Assembly: GCA_031962025.1 (NCBI GenBank)
Contig: JAVRKW010000004.1
Reading direction: 5' to 3' (one strand)
Source of the DNA: Pseudothermotoga sp.
Lineage (GTDB): Bacteria > Thermotogota > Thermotogae > Thermotogales > DSM-5069
Length of the DNA: 64,000 bases
Part shown: positions 53,415 through 61,880 of the stretch, one piece after another
How the letters are laid out: each line of letters begins with the position of its first letter
Position numbering within the stretch: the first letter of the stretch is position 1
Position numbers and translations under genes: made by a program
Notes under the pieces: generated by a model
The model's input: the letters and a program-made list of their open reading frames with translations, nothing else
The model's database searches: none
What the model was told of the DNA's origin: nothing

Positions 53415-54526
53415 GAATCACCTCGTAATATTTCTCGAATAGATTTTGTAAAATTTTCTATTGAGAATTTTTTTGCTCTCTCAACAATTAAGTTTTCTCG
53501 TTCTTTCCAATTGCTTAAGCAAATCTCTTTTATACTTCTAGCTAAAGCTTTCTCATCTTTCGGTGAAACAATCATACCGGTTTCTCCATGAATATTGTAG
53601 TAACTTGTCCCTGTACCAAGTTCTGTTGTTACGATTGGTGTACCACATGCCATCGCTTCCAGGGCTACCAAGCCGAATGCTTCTGCTCTGCTGATTGAAG
53701 GTAAGACAAAAACATCCGCTGAGGAATAGAATTCTGGTAGTTCTTCATATGACACATGCTTATGGAAAAGTACTCGATCTTCTAAACCAAGTTTTCCAAT
53801 AAGTTTTTCAAGTCTCTTTTTTTTAGGTCCCTCTCCAATCAGTACCAGACCGTATGAATTGTCCAGCGATTTCATTGCTTTGATGAGATATTCTAGTCCT
53901 TTATATTGAGCAAGTCTTCCTACGTACATCACAATTTTATTTACCTTTACCTTGAAGAATGAAAGAAGGTAATCCCTTTTGTTTGGATTTCTCGGATAGA
54001 AGTGTGAAGTATCAACAAAAAGAGGAATGACTTTTATTTTATTCGCATACCTTTTCAAGATCTTCGAAGTTTTAGATATGTTGGGTGAAGTAACTATTAT
54101 TTCATCCATGACATTTAAAAAACGCTTTACAATGAAATTGTTATAAAACCATCCGATAAACCCATAACCTACGACATCAGCGTGATAGAAACATATTTTC
54201 TTGGCTTTAGTTTTTTTGTAAAGGTTGAAATAGAGTTCTGGCTGGCCTGAGGGGAAATGAAACACTATAACATCCGCATTTTTGGACTGTTTTGTGAATT
54301 CGTTTTTGTAGTAATCAGAAAGTCTTATTGAGTTTTTCATAAATCTAATAGGAAGTCGAATGACCTCAACACCATTTATTTGGTGAGTTTCGCGTGTTCG
54401 TCTGTTATTAAATGTTAGCACTGTTACCTTTTCAAATGAAGCCATCGTTTCAGACATGATTTTTGCTACGATCTCTACTCCTCCTATTTCAGGGTAGTAC
54501 ATTTTATTCAAAATAAGAATATTCAC
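53411..54526 (-). CDS. Glycosyltransferase family 4 (mannosyltransferase-like)
   Basis: YYPEIGGVE, VGRLAQYKG, EAFGLVALEAMACG; GTG start overlapping the upstream stop. Confidence 0.9.
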   Translation of the reverse strand: MNILILNKMYYPEIGGVEIVAKIMSETMASFEKVTVLTFNNRRTRETHQINGVEVIRLPIRFMKNSIRLSDYYKNEFTKQSKNADVIVFHFPSGQPELYFNLYKKTKAKKICFYHADVVGYGFIGWFYNNFIVKRFLNVMDEIIVTSPNISKTSKILKRYANKIKVIPLFVDTSHFYPRNPNKRDYLLSFFKVKVNKIVMYVGRLAQYKGLEYLIKAMKSLDNSYGLVLIGEGPKKKRLEKLIGKLGLEDRVLFHKHVSYEELPEFYSSADVFVLPSISRAEAFGLVALEAMACGTPIVTTELGTGTSYYNIHGETGMIVSPKDEKALARSIKEICLSNWKERENLIVERAKKFSIENFTKSIREILRGDS

Positions 54527-55743
54527 TTCGCCCCTCTTCTCCATAACACAGCCTCCAGTGTTTGAAGTATGATTCGAAGATCAAGAAAGATGTTTCTGTT
54601 TTTCACGTACCACAGATCGTAGCTGAGTTTTTTCTTCACTTCTTCCAGTGTGGAAGAGTACTTGTACATGAGCTGAGCCCAGCCGGTGATACCGGGTTTT
54701 ACCATGTGTCTCATATGATAAAACGGTATCTGTTCGCTGAACATTTTGACGAACTCTTCCTGCTCTGGTCTTGAGCCAACAACGCTCATATCGCCTTTTA
54801 GAACATTCACAAACTGCAGTGTTTCGTCTATTCTGAACGGTCTTATGAGTTTGCCGATTTTCAATATTCTGTCTTTCTCCTGGTCTGCGAATTTTGGCGT
54901 TTTTTTGTCGGCTTTTCTCATGCTTCTGAATTTCAGCATTGTGAATGTTTTCCCGTCTTTTCCCACCCTTTTTTGTTTGAACACCACGGGTCTTCCATCT
55001 TCCAGATATATCATTATACTAACCAGCAGCATGATTGGAGAAAAAACTACAAGGGCAATCAGTGAAACTGTTATATCGACGATTCTTTTTGCGGGTGAGT
55101 CGTCGTTTATCTGGCTGAAGGCAATTTTGTAGTATTCTTCAAATTTTTCCATCACTTCGATGGGAATTCTTTTAAGTGTTTTTTCCACAAGGTTTGGTAA
55201 ATATTCCACTTGCCTGATGTTTGCTTTTTTTAAAATGTCTTGAAGCTTTGGATCTGCAAGAAGAACGTGGTTGTATTGTTTTGTTTTCACCTTCAGCGTC
55301 TCGATGGATGGGTTTATGTATTCCACAAACCGGTATTTTCCCATGGTTTTTTCTTCTATTTCTTTTAAAATGTGTCCTATTTCTTCTTTTCTTCCGACGA
55401 CAAGAAAGGTCTTTGTGGGCTGTTTTTTGATGATTAGTTTCCCAAGCACGGTGTTGAGGGGTGGTATCACAATGACGCACAGCAAAAAGTTGTATATGAA
55501 GCTATGGCGATCAAATTCAAATACAGGATAAAAGATGAGAGCCAATATAAAAGAAAAAAGCGCTCCTACCGTTGTTCTTATGAGCTGTTCATTGTAGCTT
55601 TGAAGATTTTCTGTTTCGTAAAGCCTGAATGCGAAAAAAGATAAAAAAAGGCATGCTGTGAACACAGCGGCTGTATGCCATTTGAAAAAAGAAAGATTGA
55701 GTATTAAAATTGCTGTAAGATCCAAAACAGCAAGATATTTCAC
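54523..55743 (-). CDS. Priming polyprenyl-phosphate sugar phosphotransferase (WbaP/WcaJ-like)
   Basis: KRIVDI, KFRSM, IDETLQFVNVLKGDMSVVG.RPE, KPGITGWAQ, YDLWY. Confidence 0.92.
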   Translation of the reverse strand: MKYLAVLDLTAILILNLSFFKWHTAAVFTACLFLSFFAFRLYETENLQSYNEQLIRTTVGALFSFILALIFYPVFEFDRHSFIYNFLLCVIVIPPLNTVLGKLIIKKQPTKTFLVVGRKEEIGHILKEIEEKTMGKYRFVEYINPSIETLKVKTKQYNHVLLADPKLQDILKKANIRQVEYLPNLVEKTLKRIPIEVMEKFEEYYKIAFSQINDDSPAKRIVDITVSLIALVVFSPIMLLVSIMIYLEDGRPVVFKQKRVGKDGKTFTMLKFRSMRKADKKTPKFADQEKDRILKIGKLIRPFRIDETLQFVNVLKGDMSVVGSRPEQEEFVKMFSEQIPFYHMRHMVKPGITGWAQLMYKYSSTLEEVKKKLSYDLWYVKNRNIFLDLRIILQTLEAVLWRRGAK

Positions 55744-55758
55744 AGCACAGCCCCCATT

Positions 55759-56730
55759 TTACTTGATCTTTCCCATGCCTTCTTTTATTCTTTCAAGCTG
55801 TTTTTCGTCTGCAACCAGTATTCCATTTTGTGATTCCACAACGACTATGTCTTTTAGTCCAATCACCACTGTTGGTTTTGTTGTCCGTACAAATGCGTTG
55901 CTGTCTATAAGCACTGCACCGGGTGAATTTTCTATTCCAAGTTCTTTCAGCGATCTGAAGTTTCCCACATCAGACCAGATGAAGTCGCTTTTTACCGTGT
56001 ATATCCTGTCTGCTTTTTCCATCAGTGCATAATCGATGCTTATGGATGGAACTTTATGGTAGATGGTTTCTGTGTCTTTTTCCTGTAAAAATGGCTCGAT
56101 TATCTCTGGTGCGTGTTTTTTCATCTGTGCCACAAAGTAATCTTTTTTCCACATGAACATGCCGCTGTTCCAGAAGAATTTGCCCGAATTTACATATTCC
56201 ACAGCAGTTTCGTAATTTGGTTTTTCTCGAAACATTTTCACAGAAAAGATATTTTCGTGCACCTGTTTATCTATTTCTATGTAGCCATAGCCTGTTTCCG
56301 GCCTTGATGGAACTATTCCAAAGGTGACTATGCCTTCATGCGTTTCGACGAATTTTTGAGCAAGTTCAACGCACTGCCAGAATGTTTCCACATCCGGTAT
56401 ATAATGATCTGCCGGGACTATGAAGATGGTTTCGTTTTCATCAAAATGCAGAGTTGCAAAAGTGCACGCAGGCGCGGTGTTTTTCTTTAACGGTTCAAGC
56501 AGGATGTTTTCTCTACAAAGTTCTGGTACTTCAGAAGAAGTAGGCTGTTCGTAGATCTTATTTGTGACAATGTATATATCATCAGGACGGGCTCTGTACA
56601 GGAGCCTTTCAAAGGTTTGCCTTAATAATGTCTTTTCACCAAAAAGTTTTAAAAACTGTTTTGGTGTCTGAGGTGTGGAAAGGGGCCAAAACCTTTCCCC
56701 GCTTCCCCCAGCCAGAATTATCGTTTTCAT
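55759..56730 (-). CDS. manC: Mannose-1-phosphate guanylyltransferase
   Basis: LAGGSGERFWPLS, PKQFL, NTAPA, PADH, ETGYGYI, WNSGMF, SIDYALME, WSDVG. Confidence 0.93.
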   Translation of the reverse strand: MKTIILAGGSGERFWPLSTPQTPKQFLKLFGEKTLLRQTFERLLYRARPDDIYIVTNKIYEQPTSSEVPELCRENILLEPLKKNTAPACTFATLHFDENETIFIVPADHYIPDVETFWQCVELAQKFVETHEGIVTFGIVPSRPETGYGYIEIDKQVHENIFSVKMFREKPNYETAVEYVNSGKFFWNSGMFMWKKDYFVAQMKKHAPEIIEPFLQEKDTETIYHKVPSISIDYALMEKADRIYTVKSDFIWSDVGNFRSLKELGIENSPGAVLIDSNAFVRTTKPTVVIGLKDIVVVESQNGILVADEKQLERIKEGMGKIK

Positions 56731-56870
56731 TAAAAGCCCCCAAGTGGAATGATGCATTAATGAGTATAACACTCATAATTGTTTTTATCAACCTTGTGGG
56801 CAAAGTTCACAGATGATGTGATTGAAGTAAAAAACGAAATGTGCTGCTGCAGTACAAAAGCAGGCTTTTT

Positions 56871-58451
56871 TCAAATTTGCTCGTATTTCCATTCTTTTAT
56901 GTTTCTTTCTTTGCTTGAGATGCTTATACCTACCAAATAGCATTTTTTGTATTTGTATGATTGGTGATATCTTTTGGCTTTTATCTGTTCTATCGCTTTG
57001 TCTGCAGGTTGGTCTACTTTCAATTCGAATATGTATACCGTACCGTTTGTTATAAGTATTATGTCTATTCTCCCACCACCTACTTCTACTTCTGTCTGTA
57101 CGTTGTATCCCAATGCTGCAAGTATGCAGTATATCAACGATTGATAGTACATCTCTAAGTGTTTTATCTTTTCTTCTTTCACTCTCTTTTCTATCCCATT
57201 GGTTATTCTGTAGCTCAATCCTGATATCACCGCTTTGAATGTCTCTATCAATTTCTCTATGTCTTGCTCTTTTATCGCTTTTTCTACTTCAAATGCTATC
57301 TGCCTTTTTTTCTCTTCGTTTATCTGGTAGTTTATCTCTAACAACATGCTGCCTATGGATTTTTTCACATCTATGTTCGGAAAATCTATTTTGTACCTGC
57401 CTGGTTCTATGGTTTCTTCAAAGGTCAGATATCCAGTTTGTATTAAAAAAACCTTTGCTGTCGTATCTTCTATCTCCCTTTTGGATAGTTCGCTTTTTTC
57501 TACCTGCCCATCTTTCAATATTTCGTTCAAATCTATTTTTTTGTTTATGAAGTAGTCATACAGAAACTGCGGTGCTCCACTTTCATGCCAGTGCTCTGCA
57601 AATTCTCCGCTTTTGTAGAATAAAAGTACAGCAAATGGATTGTACACTTTGTGTTTGCCGTCAAAGCAAAAGCCGTCGTAGTAGTCTTTCAGTTTCTCGA
57701 AGAATTCTTCTTTTGTCATGTTGGTTTGTTTCAGGTAATTTTGTGTGTATTGGTGGAAGTATTTTTCAATTTCTTGTTGAGTATATCCGAGCATTTGAGA
57801 GAATTGTTCATAATAAGAGATATCTTCCAGGTTGTTCAAAGCGCTGAATACACCCATTTTTGTGAATTTGGTTATGCCTGTTATGAACACAAATCTCAGG
57901 CAACTACCAAGGCTTTTTATCTTTCCATAAAACTGTCTCAGTTCGTTTCTCATCTCTTCTATCTTTCTTTTGTTTGTTATGTGATCTAATATCGGCTTTT
58001 CGTATTCGTCTATCAACAAAACCACTGGTTTTGAAACCTTTGAGTATATACCGTTCACCAATTCCTGTATCCTGTTCGATATCGTACTGGTTCGAAATTC
58101 TATGCCGTATCTTTCAGAGTATTCTAACAACATCATGTGTATGCTCTCTCTGAGTGTCTCAAGATCTGTGCTGTCTACTTTGTTCATATCCAGCACGATA
58201 ACAGGATGTTTTTCTTTCTCCCAATTCCATCTGTCGTATATCCATGTGTCTTTGAACAGTTCTTTTTGCCCTGAAAATAGATAATACAGAGTGCTTACTG
58301 TAAGACTCTTTCCAAATCTTCTTGGTCGAGATAGAAAATAGTACATGCCTGTTGTTGTCATTTCATAAAGATACTCTGTCTTGTCTACGTATATGTAATT
58401 GCCTTCTATGATCTGTTTAAAGTCGTTTATGCCTACAGGAAGTTTTTTCAT
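56871..58451 (-). CDS. AAA-ATPase-like protein with a C-terminal PD-(D/E)XK nuclease-like domain, copy A
   Basis: YVDKT, SRPRRFGKSL, LLIDEYEKP, YNPF, GRIDI...IFELK...AIEQI..KRY. Confidence 0.9.
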   Translation of the reverse strand: MKKLPVGINDFKQIIEGNYIYVDKTEYLYEMTTTGMYYFLSRPRRFGKSLTVSTLYYLFSGQKELFKDTWIYDRWNWEKEKHPVIVLDMNKVDSTDLETLRESIHMMLLEYSERYGIEFRTSTISNRIQELVNGIYSKVSKPVVLLIDEYEKPILDHITNKRKIEEMRNELRQFYGKIKSLGSCLRFVFITGITKFTKMGVFSALNNLEDISYYEQFSQMLGYTQQEIEKYFHQYTQNYLKQTNMTKEEFFEKLKDYYDGFCFDGKHKVYNPFAVLLFYKSGEFAEHWHESGAPQFLYDYFINKKIDLNEILKDGQVEKSELSKREIEDTTAKVFLIQTGYLTFEETIEPGRYKIDFPNIDVKKSIGSMLLEINYQINEEKKRQIAFEVEKAIKEQDIEKLIETFKAVISGLSYRITNGIEKRVKEEKIKHLEMYYQSLIYCILAALGYNVQTEVEVGGGRIDIILITNGTVYIFELKVDQPADKAIEQIKAKRYHQSYKYKKCYLVGISISSKERNIKEWKYEQI

Positions 58452-60030
58452 TTCACACACCTTCTACTTTCCATTCTTTTATGTTTCTTTCTTTGCTTGA
58501 GATGCTTATACCTACCAAATAGCATTTTTTGTATCTGTATGATTGGTGATATCTTTTGGCTTTTATCTGTTCTATCGCTTTGTCTGCAGGTTGATCTACT
58601 TTCAATTCGAATATGTATACCGTACCGTTTGTCTTGAGTACAAGATCTATCCTGCCGCTGGATACTTCCTGTTCTATCTGTACATCATACCCGCTTGCAC
58701 TCAAAAAAGCGTATATCAAACTCTGGTAGTATGCCTCAAGAATTGTCAGTCTGTCTGCCTGATGTTTTTCTATACTTTCATGTGTCCGATAGCTTATGCC
58801 CCCTATTACACTCTGAAGTAATCTCATCAGCCCTTCTATGTCGTGGTTTTTTATGTGCTCGTCTATCCTGTGAGATATCTGTGTTATCCTGCTTTGCTCA
58901 ATCTGGTATTCCACTTCAAGTGCCATCCTGCTTATGGATTTGGATACGTCTATGTTTGGAAAGCCTATTTCGTATTCACCGGGTTTGATCTCTTTGTTGA
59001 AAGTCAGGTATCCAGCCTGTACCAAGAATACTTTGGGTGTTGTGTCTTCTATCTCTCTTGAGCTTAGTTCAAGTTCTGTCACCCTGTTTTCCAATAACAG
59101 TTCGTGTATCTTCACCTTCTTGTCTATGAAATATTCGTACAGAAACTGTGGCGCACCTGATTCACTCCAGTATTCTTTGAACCTTCCTTCTGAAAAAAAC
59201 AGCAGTACAGCAAATGGGTTGTACACTTTGTGTTTGCCGTCAAAGCAAAAGCCGTCGTAGTAGTCTTCGAGTTTTTCAAAGAACTCTTCTTTTGTGAAAT
59301 AGTTTTGTTTGAGGTATGAATCGATGTGTTCGGTGAAGTATTTTTCTATTTCCTGGTTGGTGTATCCAAGCATTTGAGAATAAGCGGTGCTGAATGAGAT
59401 GTCTCTGAGGTTGTTCAAAGCGCTGAATACACCCATTTTTGTGAATTTGGTTATGCCTGTTATGAATACAAATCTCAGACAACTGCCAAGACTTTTTATC
59501 TTCCCATAAAACTGTCTCAGTTCGTCTCTCATCTCTTCTATCTTTCTTTTGTTTGTTATGTGATCTAATATCGGCTTTTCGTATTCGTCTATCAGTAAAA
59601 CCACTGTTCTGTTTGTCTTTTCATAGGTTTTTTTTATCAACTGCTCGAATTTGCCATCTATCGTGTCGTCCTGTAATTGTACCTCATAGAATCTGGCATG
59701 TTCCTGCAAAATCATCTCAAGTCTTTTTCTCATGCTTTCTATATCCTGTGTGTTCAATCTGTTCATATCCAGCACGATAACAGGATGTTTTTCTTTCTCC
59801 CAGTCCCATTTGTCGTATATCCATGTGTCTTTGAACAGTTCTTTTTGTCCTGAAAATAGATAATACAGAGTGCTTACTGTAAGACTCTTTCCAAATCTTC
59901 GTGGTCGAGATAGAAAATAGTACATGCCTGTTGTTGTCATTTCATAAAGATATTCTGTCTTGTCTACGTATATGTAATTGCCTTCTATGATCTGTTTAAA
60001 GTCGTTTATGCCTACAGGAAGTTTTTTCAT
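56886..60030. repeat. Tandem gene-scale duplication with near-identical blocks at 1579-1582 bp offset
   Basis: 58182-58451 ~ 59761-60030; 57829-58028 ~ 59408-59607; 57625-57715 ~ 59204-59294; 56886-57051 ~ 58468-58633. Confidence 0.88.
58453..60030 (-). CDS. AAA-ATPase-like protein with a C-terminal PD-(D/E)XK nuclease-like domain, copy B
   Basis: Same motifs as copy A; start set at MKKLPVG by alignment with copy A. Confidence 0.9.
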   Translation of the reverse strand: MKKLPVGINDFKQIIEGNYIYVDKTEYLYEMTTTGMYYFLSRPRRFGKSLTVSTLYYLFSGQKELFKDTWIYDKWDWEKEKHPVIVLDMNRLNTQDIESMRKRLEMILQEHARFYEVQLQDDTIDGKFEQLIKKTYEKTNRTVVLLIDEYEKPILDHITNKRKIEEMRDELRQFYGKIKSLGSCLRFVFITGITKFTKMGVFSALNNLRDISFSTAYSQMLGYTNQEIEKYFTEHIDSYLKQNYFTKEEFFEKLEDYYDGFCFDGKHKVYNPFAVLLFFSEGRFKEYWSESGAPQFLYEYFIDKKVKIHELLLENRVTELELSSREIEDTTPKVFLVQAGYLTFNKEIKPGEYEIGFPNIDVSKSISRMALEVEYQIEQSRITQISHRIDEHIKNHDIEGLMRLLQSVIGGISYRTHESIEKHQADRLTILEAYYQSLIYAFLSASGYDVQIEQEVSSGRIDLVLKTNGTVYIFELKVDQPADKAIEQIKAKRYHQSYRYKKCYLVGISISSKERNIKEWKVEGV

Positions 60031-60098
60031 TATCCCACCCTTTTCTATTATGCCACGGATGTTTTTCAAACTGTTTGGCACAATGACAGAGGGGTAAA

Positions 60099-60127
60099 TT
60101 GACATTTTTCTTAAGTTGTGATAGCAT
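60099..60127 (+). promoter_or_regulatory. Sigma-70 promoter of the lipoprotein gene
   Basis: TTGACA-17 nt-TAGCAT with TGn extension. Confidence 0.6.
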
Positions 60128-60152
60128 ATTTCAAACACAAGGGGGTGATACT

Positions 60153-60695
60153 GTGAAGAGATTGCTTTTGGTTTTTGTGGTGGCTGGATTGCTTGCTCTG
60201 TCAGGTTGTATGCTCTTTCAACCAAGCGATGATCAGTTGGCAAGAAATTTACTGAACCGGGTTTTAGAAGTCATCGAATCTGGTGAAGCTTCAACTCCAG
60301 CAGATCTTGTGCAATTGATCAGGCAATTTGTCTACATTCCCGACGAAGATGCTTCAGATACTGATGTGATTGACGAAGCAGGTTTTTTAGCTGAATTTTG
60401 CGTTGGTTTTAACTTTATCTGGCCTTCTACTCTCACCAGTGTAGAACTCAAAGGATTGAGTGAAATTAACAGCAGATATTTTAGCTATAACTGGACAAAT
60501 AAACCAGATTTTGTACAAAAAACTTATATGGTGGTGGCACAGGGTGAGACTGAAGATAGCACCCCGACATCTTTTTCACTGCCGTTTTTGGTAATCAACA
60601 ACGAAGGTTATTTCTTTGCGGTGTATTTGAAAACTACAGGCAGTGCCACAGAAGTTAGAGTGTATCCTAAACCATTAATATTATCTTTACCTTAA
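60153..60695 (+). CDS. Putative lipoprotein
   Basis: MKRLLLVFVVAGLLALSG-C lipobox; GGGGGTG RBS before GTG. Confidence 0.75.
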   Translation: MKRLLLVFVVAGLLALSGCMLFQPSDDQLARNLLNRVLEVIESGEASTPADLVQLIRQFVYIPDEDASDTDVIDEAGFLAEFCVGFNFIWPSTLTSVELKGLSEINSRYFSYNWTNKPDFVQKTYMVVAQGETEDSTPTSFSLPFLVINNEGYFFAVYLKTTGSATEVRVYPKPLILSLP

Positions 60696-60720
60696 GAGTA
60701 AATAGAAATTTCACGTACTA

Positions 60721-60755
60721 TCCCCGAAGGAATAGCCCTTCGGGGATTATTTTTT
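60721..60755 (+). terminator. Intrinsic terminator
   Basis: TCCCCGAAGG-AATAGC-CCTTCGGGGA followed by TTATTTTTT. Confidence 0.8.
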
Positions 60756-60849
60756 GTGAGCCATAGATTTGATGTACATTCCACAAAGGATCTTCATTTA
60801 AAATGAATTGCGGATGGGTCTTCATTTTCTTTTAACTGAAAAACCAAAC

Positions 60850-60877
60850 TTGAATTTTGGGCAAGTTGTATTATAAT
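60850..60877 (+). promoter_or_regulatory. Promoter of the tRNA pair
   Basis: TTGAAT-16 nt-TATAAT, 12 nt before tRNA-Ser. Confidence 0.6.
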
Positions 60878-60889
60878 GAGAATTAGTTT

Positions 60890-60981
<92 letters not shown>

Positions 60982-60985
60982 GGTT

Positions 60986-61062
60986 GTGCCCGTAGCTCAG
61001 CTGGATAGAGCGCCAGACTGCGGATCTGGAGGCCGGGAGTTCAAATCTCCCCGGGCACGCCA
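60986..61062 (+). tRNA. tRNA-Arg (GCG)
   Basis: GTGCCCG/CGGGCAC acceptor stem, CCAGA-CT-GCG-GA-TCTGG anticodon arm, GTTCAAATC, encoded CCA. Confidence 0.95.
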
Positions 61063-61880
61063 GAGGTGAGCCATTTACCTTCATCTATCAATCTTGCCAG
61101 GGTGTATCTGAAGCCTTTTGTTGAAACTCTTATATCGCCTTTTTTTGCTATTGACATTGCCACAGCACAACCTGCGATGATCGTTTTTTCCCTTCCAGAT
61201 GGTATGATTTTCAAATTCTCTAACTGAGCAGCCGTCATCATCCTGATTTTTTCAAAGATCATTTTGATATCTTCCAGTTTCAAAATGAAGTTGTCTAAAA
61301 GATCAAGGTCCCATTTTCCGGCTTTCAACGCGGCGATAGCCACAAAAGAACCACCTACTCCCACCGGGTTTTTAAAATCTGGCAATTTTTCACTCACAAA
61401 TTCCACGGCTTTTTGAAAATCTTTTGCTTTGGGTAAAGATAGATCAAAGATGGAATTGAGGACATGTGTTCCCAGTTCAAGGCTCACAAACCAGTCTTTT
61501 CTTACAACTTCCAGACTTCCACCGCCAAGATCAAAGACAGTTATATCTTCACTCTTTTGTGGACCTATGCACAGATAGGTGTAATACGCTTCTTCTTTTT
61601 CTGAAAGGATCTTTCCTTTAAATCCAAAACGGTTCATGAGTTTTTCAAACAGTTCGGGTCTTCGGCGAAAGACCGCCGTACCAAAGGCGTACGTCTCTAT
61701 ACTGTCGATTTCTTTTTTGATCTTTTCAAGAAAATGTGCGGCAATGGAAAATGCCTGATCATCATCTTTAATTGATCTGAGGCCTACTTCATAAACTTTC
61801 TCTAGGAGCGTTTTGCCTTTGTCGTATACAAGAACGATAAATGAATTCGAACCAAGATCAAGAACAGCAACCATCTTCAT
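61041..61880 (-). CDS. Ppx/GppA phosphatase family protein (short form)
   Basis: LDLGSNSF, GTAVFR, EKEEAYY, FDLGGGSLE, GVGGS. Confidence 0.82.
   Translation of the reverse strand: MKMVAVLDLGSNSFIVLVYDKGKTLLEKVYEVGLRSIKDDDQAFSIAAHFLEKIKKEIDSIETYAFGTAVFRRRPELFEKLMNRFGFKGKILSEKEEAYYTYLCIGPQKSEDITVFDLGGGSLEVVRKDWFVSLELGTHVLNSIFDLSLPKAKDFQKAVEFVSEKLPDFKNPVGVGGSFVAIAALKAGKWDLDLLDNFILKLEDIKMIFEKIRMMTAAQLENLKIIPSGREKTIIAGCAVAMSIAKKGDIRVSTKGFRYTLARLIDEGKWLTSGVPGEI

Noticed and set aside
56794..56812. Rex-like operator (TTGTG...TTCACA) upstream of manC
   Set aside because: Too many mismatches to TTGTGAA-N4-TTCACAA.
60031..60243. 71-aa N-terminal extension of AAA copy B in the ORF track
   Set aside because: Copy A starts at the equivalent MKKLPVG, and the extension overlaps the divergent lipoprotein gene and its promoter.
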